A DNA stretch of 64,000 nt, taken from positions 41,540,001 through 41,604,000 of the forward strand of contig NC_090333.1 in NCBI RefSeq assembly GCF_035084215.1. Reading direction: 5' to 3'. The stretch is from Heptranchias perlo (lineage: Eukaryota). Below the pieces are notes generated by a model that was not told the DNA's origin, did not search any database, and saw only the letters and a list, made by a program, of their open reading frames with translations. The first letter of the stretch is position 1. Each line of letters begins with the position of its first letter. The translations under genes were made by a program, and so were the position numbers. This document shows positions 39,646 to 53,190 of this stretch, piece after piece.

Positions 39646-39775
39646 TAGGAACATAGGAACAGGAGTAGGCCATTCAGCCCCTCGTGCCTGCTCCGCCATT
39701 TGATAAGATCATGACTGATCTGTGATCTAACTCCATATACCTGCCTTTGGCCCATATCCCTTAATTCCTTTGGTA
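39646..39775 (-). mobile_element. CR1 3' tail
   Basis: taggaacataggaacaggagtaggccattcagcccctcgtgcctgctccgccatt. Confidence 0.8.
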
Positions 39776-39803
39776 GCGAGAGAAAACAATGGAAAATGTG
39801 AAG

Positions 39804-39898
39804 AAAAACAGAAAATATTGATAATACATAGCAGGTCAGTCAGCATCTTATAAAGAGAAAAGATAGGATACATTTCAGCCATAACCCTTCATCAGAAG
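39804..39898 (-). mobile_element. Penelope-like terminal repeat with a degenerate hammerhead motif
   Basis: Minus strand reads ttCTGATGAagggttatggctGAAAtgt...agatgctgactgacctgct...ttttctgttttt. Confidence 0.6.
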
Positions 39899-40084
39899 TG
39901 GCAACTGAAAAGCCAAATGTGACAACTGGAAGATAAACAATCCCTTTAGTAGGATCAAAGGAAAAAAAGGGAGTAGCAGAAAAAAGCAGCAGATGCTTCA
40001 ACCAGAGAGAGGAAGTGAATGACGTACCAGTACAGGCCACCTCTGTAATATTACCTGCTTTTCCCCACTTCACCATATCAGCTG

Positions 40085-40880
40085 CTTAAACCTTTACACA
40101 TGCCTTTGTTGCCTCCAGACTTATTTACTCCAATGTTCTCCTTGGAGGCCTCCCATCCTCCACTCCACAATCTCCAGCTCATTCAAAATTCTGCTGCCTG
40201 CATCCTATCCCACACAGGGGGGTGATTTTAAACCCCAAGAACGGGTGGGTTGGGGTCAGGTGGGAGTTGAAAATAGTTGTTTTTTGGGTCACAACCGCAA
40301 CCCGGCTTTATTTCTGGGTTTAACGTCGGCACGGAAAAGTACAGGCTTCCCACTGGGAATGCAAAGTCCGAAAATTTTGCGGTTGCGACCCAAAAAACCA
40401 ACTATTTTCAACTCCCACCCGCTCTTGTGGTTTAAAATCACCCCCCAAGTCTCCCTTGCCCATCAATCACCCTTTTCACTAACCTTCCTGTTCCCAATGC
40501 CTCAAATTTAAGATTTGTGCCCTTGTCTTTAAATCTCTCCATGGTCCTGCCCCTCCCTATCTTCATAACCTTCTCCAGCCCTACAACCCCTCCCACCCAC
40601 CATACCCCCATGAATCTCCGTTCCTCTGATTCCTACCTCTTGTGCAATTCCCCTTCACTTCGCCTCACCATTGGCGGCCGTGCCTTCAGCTGCCTATATC
40701 CCACTCTCTGCCATTCCCTCTCTAATCCACCATCTCAACACCTCGTCTCCTCCTTTAAAATCCCCCCTTAAAACCCACCTCTTTGGCTACTCTTGCTAAT
40801 CTCTCCTTTGGTTCAGTCCTTCTTTTCCTCTGTGAAGCACCTTTTTTCTATGTTAAAAGCACTATATAAATGCAAGTTGT
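40085..40880 (+). mobile_element. L2-type LINE 3' fragment interrupted by a MITE
   Basis: catgcctttgttgcctccagactt..ctccagctcattcaaaattctgctgcc..ggcggccgtgccttcagctgcct..ctatataaatgcaagttgtt. Confidence 0.7.
40218..40445. mobile_element. MITE, second copy of the 8380-8622 family
   Basis: TIR gggggtgattttaaacc / ggtttaaaatcaccccc. Interior nearly identical to copy 1. Confidence 0.85.
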
Positions 40881-41155
40881 TTTACAAATTATCATGTTCC
40901 TCAGGTGGGAGATAGTGATCCCATGTGAAATTGTCCTTGAATGCAGGAGCACTGATAATTCTGATTTGTAAGACCTATTGTAATACCCAACTTCATGGTG
41001 AAACTTCATCGTAACTCTACCACTGCACCAAATGGCTGGTAAGTATTTTTAAGTGTTGTTTTGCATAAGCTATTTTATATCCAAAGGAAAATTTTACTTT
41101 TTATGACAATTAATCATTGCTTGCATACTTTAAGTAATTAATAAACAACACTCAC

Positions 41156-41193
41156 CCTTGTTATTTCCACAGTTCTCAGTCCTGTATCTGAAC
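41156..41193 (-). CDS. PATJ: PATJ coding exon (38 nt): (G)SDTGLRTVEITR
   Basis: Bounded by ttttag| and |gtgagt, phase 1-0. RTVEI-R marks the start of a PDZ domain. Confidence 0.88.
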
Positions 41194-42421
41194 CTAAAAG
41201 ATTCAAAGTGGTACAAACCTCTTTATTAGGAAGCCAGATGGCCTTAGTCAAATTTTATGAATGACAGACACTGATACAGTCACCTGCAATTAAATCAAAT
41301 TAACTTTTGCCAAATGTTGAGAATCTACAAAATAGCACTACAAACTGTGTTGAACAAAAAAGTTATTATTCAAAACTTGCATATTATAATGCCTAGATAT
41401 TATTGTTGTGCAACACTTTATGCAAAGTGCAATCACATCATCTTTCTTACAGACATTAAAGCATAATCTGAGTTACTGCAGTGCAGAGAATAAGTAGACC
41501 TTATATACATTCATGATATTTTCAGTGTTGAAGCAATCCAGTACTTAAAAAAATATATATCTTTCGTCACCAGCTTTCTTCCTCCTCCCTCTTCTTTTGA
41601 AGGTCGTTATTAATGTGAGTAGGCAGACTATTCAACCACTGCAGGAGAGCCCCATCCTGCCCATCCATAGGTATATAAGCAAGGGATTGTTGGATAGCTA
41701 TGAATGAGAATGGGTGATTTTCCCCTCCCCAACCTTGGTGAACTAGATGCAATGAGGCAATTATAGCACTCGTACTGATCCCAGTTGATCAGTACATTAG
41801 CACAGATGAGGATTGAATCTGGGACCTTCCTGCTATGTATGGCTCTACTACTCAATGGATAAACTCACTGAGTCACTGGAGGAGCCTAATACTTTCATTG
41901 TTGCAGCTTACTTGAACTATGGAGTGCATTGCATTTGGTTTAGCTGATCCACACTAAATCTGATTGACTGTTGGATTGTTGCCTATGGAAGGCAGCAAGC
42001 TAGAGTTCAATAGTGAAGATGGATGTTTATTGTGGAGCTTTGCCAGATTATGTTGAGGGATATTTATGCAGAACTTAGCCTCAGAAGATCAATTAAGTGG
42101 GATAGAGTGCATGATGAAATAGATAATAGATATTCTGTGGAAGGATTGTGGGCTGAATGGCCTTTACTCATTTATGCTTTATGTTTAAATAGTTCTTTTC
42201 AATTTGGCTGCATTTGCACAAACAATTACATTTATAACTGCACTGTTGAAGTGAATTAATTTCCACATTCCTTATGAGTGTTCGTGGAAATCAGTTACTG
42301 TTTAAGAATCAAATATCAGTATACAAACAGCCAAGTAATAGCAAAGAAGAGGGCAAGGTTTTGGAATCTATACTTTCTACTGGAGGTTTAATTTGATAGT
42401 GGAAGATACAGAAGAACCAAT

Positions 42422-42509
42422 GGGGTAATTTTCACCTTCACCGTCTGGGCGGAGTGGATGACCCACCTATTGTAGAACCCGCCCAGGTGGTGAGGGTGAA
42501 AATTACCCC
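42422..42509. mobile_element. ~90-bp palindromic MITE
   Basis: ggggtaattttcaccttcacc...ggtgagggtgaaaattacccc. A decayed relative lies at ~14483-14570. Confidence 0.7.
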
Positions 42510-42592
42510 AACGTGGCCGGAGACTTAAGTTTGGAAAGGGTACAGGTAAGGATTTTCAAGCACATATCATTCATCTATTTCTGATATTTTAC

Positions 42593-42707
42593 CTGAGTTC
42601 CTTTGTGAGGCATCAGCTGAACTCTTCTTGTTGCCAAAAACATTTTGTGAAATGGTTACAGCAGCTCCAAAAGGTGGAGGATTAGTGGTAGCACTTGCTT
42701 GGCTCAT
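42593..42707 (-). CDS. PATJ: PATJ coding exon (115 nt), linker: MSQASATTNPPPFGAAVTISQNVFGNKKSSADASQRNS(G)
   Basis: Bounded by actag| and |gtaaaa, phase 0-1, which is the phase needed to join the next exon. Resembles the PATJ inter-PDZ linker. Confidence 0.85.
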
Positions 42708-42847
42708 CTAGTTTAGAATCAAAAGAAACTGTACTTAATCAGAGTTATCCAATTTTGAAGGGGGAGAAGGCAATTAGATATGAAGGCAAAAGGCTGTGCC
42801 AATTGAGATCAAATGTATACCTGACTCAGTCTACGTTTCCTGTTTCA

Positions 42848-43337
42848 GGATCCCATATGCTTTTTTAATCGCTTTCTCAACCTGCCCTGCCACCTTCAAC
42901 GACCTGTGCTCATATACCCTCAGGTCCCTCTGTTCCTGCACCCCTTTTAGAATTGTACACATTAGTTTACATTGCCTCTCCTCGTTCTTCTACCAAAATG
43001 TATCACTTCGCATTTCTCTGCGTTAAATTTCATCTATGTGTCCGCCCATTCCACCAGCCTGTCTATATCCTCTTGAAGTCTATCACTATCCTCCTCACTG
43101 TTCACTAAACTTCCAAGTTCTATGTCATCTGCAAATTTTGAAATTGTGTCCTGTACACCCAAGTCCAAGTCATTAATATAAACCAAGAAAAGCAGTGGTC
43201 CTAGTACCGACCCCTGGGGAGTACTACTGTATTCCTTCATCCTGTCCGAAAAATAACCATTCACCACTACTCTCTGTTTCCTGTCTCTTAGTCAATTTTG
43301 TATCCATGCTGTCACTACCCCTTTTATTCCATGGGCT
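42848..43337 (-). mobile_element. CR1 RT fragment
   Basis: PQGSVLGPLLFLVYINDLD..KFADD. Confidence 0.85.
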
Positions 43338-44481
43338 TCACTTACCTTCCTCTTTCAGATGTAGATTGACTTGCTGCATTTTCTTTTTACAGCGCAACTG
43401 TCAACTGTATGTAGAAACTATCCAACAGAACATGTGATAATTAAGGATTTATGTTACAATAAGAAAAATCACTCCAATTATTATTTTCCAATTGGAAAAT
43501 AAATGATTTTTTTACTTCCAATTGGAAAATAATAATCAGTGATGATTTTTTTTTGACACCAATCACTTTACAGTGACTTTATCAAGGTGCTGAGAGTAAT
43601 TTAAGCCTTGCAGTTCTATTAAGTAGCTCATCACTTTTGACTGTCCTTTGATGACCTACCAATGTAATATTTAGAAGCCACAGATAATCGTTGCTTTTTA
43701 ACAATTTTTTGATATTTAATGCTTTCTTAGTTCACAAAATGAACATTTTAATCAAACACACCTGGTTGTCTGTTGCTGCCTTTTACATACATTAACAGAA
43801 AAAAACTATTGCTTTTAAAATACAAAGCATCCTGTTAATTAATGAACAGAATCTAAAAGTTTAGATACAAAATTATATGGAGCTTTGGGAATGTGCAATA
43901 AGGCTATTGTCTCCTTGAGAAGTTCAGATGTCAGCATAAACATTAAGACCAAAGCTTGAGTGGTTTAAAGTTATCACCTGACCCCCAAGATGACAATACA
44001 ACCCTGATTTTGCAATCCTGGGTAAATTGGGGTTGCATACACTAATGGTGAAGAGGCACCACATTGGCCAAGATGCACGGAACGAGGTGGTGAATGGAAG
44101 GAGGTGGTGAGGCATATCAACGTGGTCTTCCAGGTCTAGAGGATGTTGGAACAGACGTAGATCATTATAAGTGAAGTTGAAGCTTTGTGTATTACATCAC
44201 TTCCAAATATCCCCCAGCTATGTGTGCAGACAATTGACCTGCTTCCAAACCTGATTATATGTGGCTTGCTATAAGGGGGTACATAAGACTGGCTCAGATA
44301 AACAATAACTCTTTTTATACCATGTCATTGCATTGAATTTTGGTATTCCAATGAACTGCACGAATGTTGTCTGACAGACAGACATTTCAATTAAAATATT
44401 ATTGGCGTTATATAAAGTTAGGAAATCATGAATAACTTCCAGGAAATGGACTATGGTGTTTATAGCACAAAAAGTCCTCAC

Positions 44482-44568
44482 CTGACTGCCTTGTGATGTT
44501 CTCCTTGATGGAATCCATGACCCTGCCTTCAGGCGGCCAACCTCCAACTGAACCAATCCTTGGGCACA
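44482..44568 (-). CDS. PATJ: PATJ coding exon (87 nt): [29 protein letters not shown]
   Basis: Bounded by ctttag| and |gtgagg, phase 0-0. Overlaps ORF-track entry 44269..44556. CAQGLVQLE is PATJ-type. Confidence 0.93.
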
Positions 44569-44603
44569 CTAAAGAAAAAAATAAAAGTGCTTGGAATAAG
44601 AAA

Positions 44604-45781
44604 GTCCAAAGTAATTAAACTATTAGCTATAAATTCAATTGGAAGAAAATATTTAAGGGTTAATGTTCTAACTTCAGGCTTTCAGTGGGTTGTCTTGTGC
44701 ACTAAGAGCACATATTGGAAATTCTGGCACGTAGCTGATTTTCCATGGCCCTGAATGGTCAGAAAATGGCGCAGTGTGCACGAGTATTTCCAATATATGC
44801 TTTCAGTGCTCGAGGCTCCCCACTAGCAATGCAACGGCAGAACATTACCCGTTGAGCCTATATCAGCCCTCTATTTTTCAGGGCAAATTTCACTCCTGCT
44901 CTATTTTTGGTCTTTTCTTTTACAATTTACTGACCAAAAGGATGAGCAGGAAAACTATGATGTTTTTGAGCCGTTTACTAGGAACTGAGCACATGGTATT
45001 TGGGGAGGAGAGGAAAGAAAGTAAGTGAGAACTTGAAAAATCTGGTTTCAATGCGGTTACTCCAAGTTTACCTTTAGTATTGTTGCCACAGTCTCCTGAG
45101 AAGCATTCCGCACATCCTCTCCATTTACTGACAAGATTTGGTCTCCTTGCATGAGTCTCCCATCGAGTTCAGCAGCTCCACCTTTAACAATATCCGAGAT
45201 AAATACTCCTGTTCCATTCCTGTTAAAGTATTTACAATTCAGTTCAAGTTATTCTTGTGATTTCATAGGATATGCTGATAAAGAACATGGAGGTGAAAAT
45301 CCATATAGTTTACAAATTAACAGTATTATATCAGTATTCCAAGGTCTTAAAACTAATATGAGCTATACATGTAATTGCAAGAAAACATTTAAGGGTTAAT
45401 GTTCTAACTTCACACTTTCAGTGGGTTGTCCTTTGCACTAAGAGCACATATTAGAAATTTGAATTTCTAATAGGTGATTTCCCATGGTCCTGAATGGTCA
45501 GAAAATGGTGCAGTGTGAACGAGTATTTCCAATATGTACTCTTGGAGGCCAAAGCTCCCACCAGGAATGCAAAGTCGGAACATTACCCCTTGAGATTATA
45601 TCTGCCCCCTATTTTTCAGGTTAGCTTTTACCCCTGACTCAATTTTATTTTATTTTCCTTTACAATTTCATGACCAAGAGGGAGGGCAGGAAAACTACTT
45701 CGAATGCTGCTTTTGGGCTGTTTACTAGGAACTGAGCAGATGGTATTTGGTTATGGGAGGAAGGAAAAGAAGAGAGAACTT
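44604..45781. repeat. Diverged ~420-bp direct repeat pair (about 44604-45034 and 45338-45781) flanking a PATJ exon
   Basis: Colinear shared blocks atttaagggttaatgttctaacttca, cactaagagcacatatt, ctgaatggtcagaaaatgg, cgagtatttccaatat and tttactaggaactgagca. Confidence 0.9.
45072..45219 (-). CDS. PATJ: PATJ coding exon (148 nt): (R)[49 protein letters not shown]
   Basis: Bounded by aacag| and |gtaaac, phase 2-0. PDZ body. Confidence 0.95.
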
Positions 45782-46770
45782 CATGTTCAACTTTTCCAAC
45801 AGGGAAGTGCCTGGACTCCACTCAGCACCTATTCCAATGGCACATGAAACCTACCATGTAGCCACAACCCTGAATCTCATCACTCTATGCACAGTCTATT
45901 AGAGCACCTATGGGTCTAAACCAATGTCCTGATCCTTTCCAACACTTTTTTTTTCAAATACAATTTTGTGGTGTTATTTTACTGATTGGGATATAGAAAT
46001 CCTAACAACTTACATTCAACTCCCTCAAAACAGTCCACAGCAAACAATATTTAAAACTTAAATATCATACTGAATAAAAGCCCCTCTCCTGCAGAACAGA
46101 AATGCAAAGCCAGTTCCTAAAAGGTTACTGAAATAAATATCCGGGGCGGGGGGTGGGGGGGTGCAACCTCTAGTTCACTTCCTTATTTATTCATGCAATA
46201 CATGCAATTCTTATAGGGTTAAGAAAAACAGAACTATTTCCTGCTATACTACACCCCAATTATAATAGTCTTGGAGGAAGCCGTGAAAAATCTGTTAAAT
46301 AATGGGGTACGTTTCTAATGGGTATTTTAATACAAGTTCTTTACTAGCAAAGAAGCTAAAAACAATGCAACAAAGGGGTCTGCTATATTTAAACCTTCTA
46401 ATAGACAGTACTTCTGCACAATGCTGATCAGCTGCTCCGTGCTACTGGAAAAGCTTATGGACAGATTGAATCTGCTGTTACTTTTTAAAAAAAATGTAAT
46501 TTTGAATGAATCTTCATTTGGACATGATGATTACATTACCAAAAGGATTCAAAATTATGTTCATTGTAAAATTTCACCTACAGTACTTTTACTAAACACA
46601 TCACTACATCAGCAGGGATCTACTATTTAGAAGTACTGTCAACAGGGAGTTCCTTGTTCATAGTAAGAACCTCCTAACACATGGTCCTGAAGAAAATTAT
46701 GCATTCTATCAGCACTGTGCAAAATTAATTTTTAACAATGGATGTGAAAGAAGCCAATCATCTTACTTAC

Positions 46771-46964
46771 CTTTTTCCTACAATACTCAGGCCCAATCCC
46801 CTACCGACTTTCTTCTGAAGGTCCGCAAAAAACACATCTAAATTCTCCTCATCCTTGTACTGTGTTTCATCCCTGAAGATAGTGAGTCGCACCTTCTGTG
46901 GTGTCTGTCTCAATGCATTGATTGCTTCTTCGTGAGTTGCATTCCTTAAATCAATTCCGTTTAC
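46771..46964 (-). CDS. PATJ: PATJ coding exon (194 nt): [64 protein letters not shown]
   Basis: Bounded by ttag| and |gtaagt, phase 0-2. Contains the end of one PDZ domain and the GLGL loop of the next. Confidence 0.95.
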
Positions 46965-49159
46965 CTAACAAAAAGCAAAGTGAATCTCTCCAAGCTTTCC
47001 TCACAGATCAAGGTTTAAAAAGATAAATAAATTGAGCGGTCAAGGGGAGCTGCTGATGCCTCACATTTAGTATTGTATAATTAGCTCTTTTAAAATCTTT
47101 CCTTGTTTTTTCCACCTCTTTCACTACTCTTTCCTCCTCCCTACTATTTTCTGGCTTCTACTCTTCTCTTGATCCCCTCTTTAGGTTTTTTTCTTTTCTC
47201 CCTCCCTATTTTTATTTGTTCTCCTTTTGATTTGTATTTTACCATGCATAAACTGAAACTCGGAAAAGATAATGATCGCATATGCGTCCCAGTATAAAAA
47301 TGCAACACTGAAGGTGAAAAAACAGCAGCGAGGACGATAAGCTCTCAGGGCACACATACGAAGAGGCACACAAAATATTCAACCGAAGGCAAAACTGAAG
47401 GTTTGGGAATAGAGCAGAAGGAAAGCTCAAGGCCCTATGAGAGGGGATATCCATGCAGGCAAAATATATTTTAAGTACTGGAAAATGGGACAAGTGAGTT
47501 TATTGATAATTTTTGAGATTGATTTTTCATAATTGTTGAATTTTATTTTTAGGAATGTGTTGTGATGACCAAGATTTAGGGAAAAATAACTTTCAAAGGA
47601 ATGTGATTGATTTATCTTTTTATTAATGGAAATTTCTTGACTAATAGTAAAATAAGTGTTGAAATGTTTTTTGAAGGCTAGCCTTTTGAATGTGAAATTT
47701 GAACAAATCAGCATGGTTTATGCTCTACTGACATTTCGTGATGCATACAAGCAAGGCACAAACTTTTTTAATTATATAGATTAAGTTAGATCAAAGTGTG
47801 GTTAAACTGCATAATCACATATTATTTCTCTCTCTCTTTAGGTCTCCTTGCATTGTGAACCACTTAATGACGCAAGTTGATGTCTCTTTTCTATCTGCCA
47901 ATGTTGCTGTGTAACTGGCCACAAAGAGCTGAGTGTAAGTGGATGAGGTTCAATCACTTTCTGATTTTTCATCTGTCCACTGAAGAAGTGCCTCACTTTT
48001 GCACCATACCTCACTCCATACGTGACTGAACTCCGAACTCTCTGCAGGGAATCCTGAGCACAAACCACTCCACTACAGCAATGCACATTTATTTTTGATG
48101 AATAATTCAAAGGTGCAAGTGTGAATCTGGGTCATCGTGTTCTGTTGCCCAAATGTGGAAAAGGTTTAGATCTTTCCTGCTATTCAAATTTAAAACAAAG
48201 TGATTAAGTATCACTGTATACACCATAATTTTTTTAAGTATATAGTTGAAATATTCAGTCAGATAGCTGTTATTTTGCTATTTATTTAATAATTCCATTA
48301 AATTAGAGCACAAAATTGAAGTTTGTGTTTTCAGGTTATTTTTACCATCTTTGGTTCAATGGGTTGTGTGTTAAATATTGTATCTACACAGGCTAATCAA
48401 ATGTCCTCAGAATAGCTGAGTACAAATCAACAGGATTCCAATAGATGGCACACTTGACCAACATAAAATTTGTTGACAATGCCAGTTTCAGGAATTCAAA
48501 TAATTTAGTGCTGGCTGTCAGGAACCAAACATCCTTTTACAGCTTTCAAAATTCACACTCTCCTCAAAACAAGGCTTGTAAATTGCTACTAGGGATTAAA
48601 AACTGTAATGGAGCAATTGTACAGAAGATCAGTCATTCACAGTGGTCTAAAATACATCTGAAACCCTTTGATTTTGGAGTTGAACTCTATTTGCATCAAA
48701 AGGGTTAAACAGCATATGGACTAAAATGCCATGATGGCATATTTACTTTTTTAGCTATTTAACTCCTCATGGACTGATGTAAAATCTATTGGTCAGGAAT
48801 TCCCTCGCAATTTTCGGCACAACAATGGCATAAGAGCCATGTTGCGCCAGGTTTTTCTGATGAAATTGGTGTGCAAGTGACTTATGCTAGTTTTACACCA
48901 GATCCTCATTACGCACAAATTTCCTCGAGCATTTGCTTCGCTCCTGAGTTACGTCGGCCAAAACCCCACTCAGCTCATTAACATAGCTCCGCCCCATGCA
49001 AAAGAACGCGAGTTTCCTGTATTTACGCCAGTTCTGAACATTCGTAGTAATTTAAGGCCCAAATTTTAGACACAGCAGGTCTCGAAGTCACTATTTTTGG
49101 AGTTTAATAGTGATTGTTCTTCTGCTGAAGTTACACCAGTTTCCTGGTGAGTAAAGACC

Positions 49160-49640
49160 CCCCCTCCCCACTCCTTCCCTGACTCCTCCAACACCCTCCC
49201 CTCTCTTTCCCCCTTCCTCTCCTCCCTTGCTCTCTGTTCACCCTTTCCCCACCTTTCTCTCCTCTTTCCCAGTGAGCTACAGCTCACCAGGCTTACCATG
49301 CTGTGTCCCTACTTGTAGAAGTATAGATGATTCCCCTGAACTCCTGCAACACTCCAGTGTCCATCAATTCTTTCCCCACTCTTTGCTAGGTCTCTAACTC
49401 TCCTCTGGTTTCTTACTGTGCTTATTTTTCCTCTATCCTTTACCACCAGCCCCTAACTCAGCTCTCTTCCCCACTCTCCTTGGCTTCCATACGTTCTCCC
49501 CATCCCTCCCCACCTCCTCCCAGCCTCTAACCCTGGTCTACCTTCCCCACTCTTCTTGGCCTCTAATCATCCTCTCCATTCTCCCTCCAGCTTCTAACCC
49601 CATTTTACTTTCCTCCTGTGGTCTCTTCTAGCCTCTAACA
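49160..49640. repeat. CT-rich low-complexity tract
   Basis: Pyrimidine-rich, with loosely recurring cctctaac and ttccccactct units. Confidence 0.7.
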
Positions 49641-50775
49641 TCACAGTGCTTCGATGGCCCTGGTCCAATTATCTGCTGCCCTCTAGCCCAGATTGACGAA
49701 GACTGCACTTGATCAGTGAGGTTCACTTTTTTGTATTAGATATCTCTCTCACATTCTGAGGCTAATTGTTTCTTTGTTCATTGGGAGCTGCTTGTAAATA
49801 CCTTTCCTCAAAGTCAGAAAAACTGAGAGGAAGTGATTGGCTTTCTTTTGCTGTTTTTGTATTTTACACCTGTAACAAAGAGGGGTACTTTTAAGTGTGA
49901 CAGGCACACACTAGAAACATCCTCCTATAATAGCAGAAGCTGCATATATATCCTGATTGTCTGTCACAGTTCCAGTGTTACACTTTGGCATCTCACTGTT
50001 TTACTCATGCAATTTCTGTGTTATATACTTGCATTGATTGACTGAAGATTCATAAAACAGTGACATGCCAAGCAACAAATTAGCAGTCAATAATAGCTGC
50101 CAAAAGCAAGGAGCAGAAGGGGAGACAATCAAATCACTCTGAATTTTGTAAAATTGGTGTCCATGTTGATTTTTCCCCAAGCTGAAAATTTACAGGTAAA
50201 AGTGTCATTAGTAACCTAACCCCCCAAAAAGCAGGCAATTCTCAATAAAAAGCTTGCATTGCCTATATGGTGTTACAAATCTTTGATATGTTTATTTATA
50301 TTTTGCTTTTTTCAGTTGTAATTCGGTATTTTTGCAGTTTTAAAGATTGAATGATTAATAATTTTCTTTGTGACAAATTCAACAGGAGATTAGCTGTACC
50401 ATGTTATAATATACGTCATATTGTGTAACACAACTGTCGTTATAACACAGCATACCCTGTGACACATTGTGGGCAACTTCATAGGGGTCCACCAGTACAC
50501 ATAAATGCATCTAGTATGCATCCATTACACTTCCAAATGTCACAAGTATTAAAAAACAAAGAAAGACAGTCTTCTAGCTATCAGTTTTTTCAACCTTGAT
50601 AACTTAGCTTCTTTCCAGAGTAGGAGCTAGAGATTTACTAGCAGTTTTAATCAGTCTCTAATTAATCTTAAGATGTGCCCATATGGACCACTTCCCCATA
50701 GAAAGTGCCTTAGTACTGTGCTCCATGAACAACACCACAGGAAACCAGCTAGTATTTATCTAAAAATAGTATGTC

Positions 50776-52200
50776 ATAGGGACATAGGAACAGGAGTAGG
50801 CCATTCAGCCCTTTGAGCCTGTTCCATCATTCAATTAGACCATGGCTGATCTGTACCTCATCTCCATTTATCCACCTTTGCTCCATATCCCTTGGTATAT
50901 TTACCTAAATAAAATTTATCGATCTCAGTCATGAAGATTTCAACTGTCCAGCATTTGGGGACAGAGTTCCAGATTTCTACCACACTTTGCGTGAAAAATG
51001 GTTCCTGATTTCAGTCCTAAATGGCCTAGCTCTAATTTTAAGCTTATACCCTCTTGTTCTGGATTTCCCCACCAGAGGAAATAGTTTCTCTGTATCTACC
51101 CTATTGAATCCCTTTATCATTTTGAACACCTTGATTAGATCACCCATCGACCTTCTAAACTCAAGGGAATACAAGCCAAGTTTATGCAACCTGTCATCAT
51201 AATTTAACTACTTAAGCCCTGGTATCTCATTCAGGTGAATCTGTGCTGTACCCCTTCCAAGGCCAATATATCTTTCCTGAGGTTTGGTGCCCAAAATTGA
51301 ACGCAGTTCTCTGAATGGGATCTGACCAAGGCTCTGTACAACTGAAGGATCACTTTCTCACTTTTGAATTCCAACCCTCTTGAGATAAAGGCCAACATTC
51401 CATTATCCTTCTTGATTACTTTTTGTACTCATGCGTTAGCGTTTAGTGATTTGTCTACATTGACACCTAAATCCTTTTGTTCCTCCATGGCTCCTAGTCT
51501 CTCACTATTAAGAAAATATTAAGATTTGTCTTTCACAGATCCAAGTGGATGACCTCACACTTCCCCACATTGAACTCCATCTGCCTTAGTTTTGCTCACT
51601 CACTTACTGTCTATGCCACCTAGTAACTTCATGCTCCCATCCACACAACTTACTGTGCCTCCTAACTTAGTGTCATCTGCAAACTTCGATATACAACTCT
51701 CTATTCCTTCATCCAAGTTACATATATGGTGAAAAGCTCAGACCTCAGTAATGATCCATAGGAACACCACATGTCACATCGCACCAATCAGAACAAATCC
51801 TTTATCCCTACTCTCTGTCTTCTACCTCCCAATTACCGACCCATGTCACAAGGTTACCTCTAATTCCATGCGCTTTCATTTTTGCCAATAATCTCTTGTG
51901 CGGAACCTTATCAAATGCCTTCTGGAAGACAATACCCATAGACACTCCCCTATTCACCATGTAGTGACCTCCTCAAAATATTCAACTAGATTAGTCAGAC
52001 GTGACCTATCCTTCACAAATCCATGCTGACTCTCTTTGATCAGCTAATATTTCTCCTAGTGCTCAGTCAATCTGTCTCTGATGATAGATTCCGGTAACTT
52101 CCCCACAATTGATGTTAAGCTGACAGATCTGTAATTACCTGGTTTCTCCCTCCCTCTGTTCTTAAATAATGGAGCATCATTTGCAATTTTCCAATCCAAA
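50776..52200 (-). mobile_element. CR1 LINE ORF2 3' portion, degenerate
   Basis: LGLYSLEFRR..GDLIKVFKMIKG. Tail taggaacaggagtaggccattcagcc. Confidence 0.85.
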
Positions 52201-52489
52201 GGCACCTGCCACCCTTTCTTTCAAAAGTCCTATGCTAACAGTGCCTATGAATTTTTCCAGGTTAATTGTGTCTGTACCTGGTGGTACCAGCCCGATCATG
52301 CTTTTAGTAGGATTTCCCCATTAACATGATGACCTGTGACGCTGAAATTCCATGATCTGTCCACTAGGTGTGTCTGCAATTTCAGGTCTCTCAAACTCCT
52401 CTGGTTCCCATCTTACTACAGGTAAGTAGGTGAGTTTTAAAACAATTTTTTAAAAAACATTTTTAAAAAATCCTCCAGGAGACCAAAAC

Positions 52490-53190
52490 CATTGTATTTT
52501 CCCCCACCTCCACAAACTCCACTCTCTTGCCACTAATTCCATTGTCTGCCCAGCTACTCTCAGGCTGAACCAGAGTGTTCATGATCACAGTATCCTGTTT
52601 GAGCCTTGGTTGACCTTCAGACCCCATCACAAAGATGCCTTTCTTCCATCTCTACAACATCACCTCAGCTCCTCTGTCACTAAAAATCCTTATACATGTC
52701 TGCGTCACTTCCAGACTCTAATCTAATGGCATCCTGTCCCGCATTAAGCCCAACTTGCCCCTCATTGCGGTTCTTGCTGACCTACATTAGGTCCCTGCTC
52801 CCCAATGCATCAAGTTTAAAATCCATGTCGTTGTCTTTAAATCCCTCCTTGGCCTTGCCCCACCTCATCTCCTCAAGCCCTATGACCACCCCCGAACTTT
52901 CAGTTCCTCTGACTCCAGCCTCTAGTACATCCCCTTCCCTTTGGCCAAGCAATGGGAGCAGAGCCTTCGGTTGCCTCAGATTTCCCTCTGGAATTCCTTC
53001 CTAAATCCCTCCATCTCTTCACCTCTCTCCTTTAGAAACCTTCTCAAAACCCATCTCTTCTGTCAAGATTTTGGTCACTCCCAATTAATTTCTCCTTTCT
53101 TGACTCTGCATCTGTTTTCAATGTGCCTCCTGTGAAGTACTTTGGTTTTTTAAAAAAATGTTAATGGTGCCATATAAATGGAAGTTACAG
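52490..53190 (+). mobile_element. L2-type LINE 3' fragment
   Basis: cttgctgacctacatt..ctttaaatccctcc..cttctcaaaacccatctcttc..ttttggtcac. Confidence 0.6.

Noticed and set aside
43924-44200. Additional PATJ exon
   Set aside because: No PDZ or linker similarity, and the flanking exons already join in phase without it.
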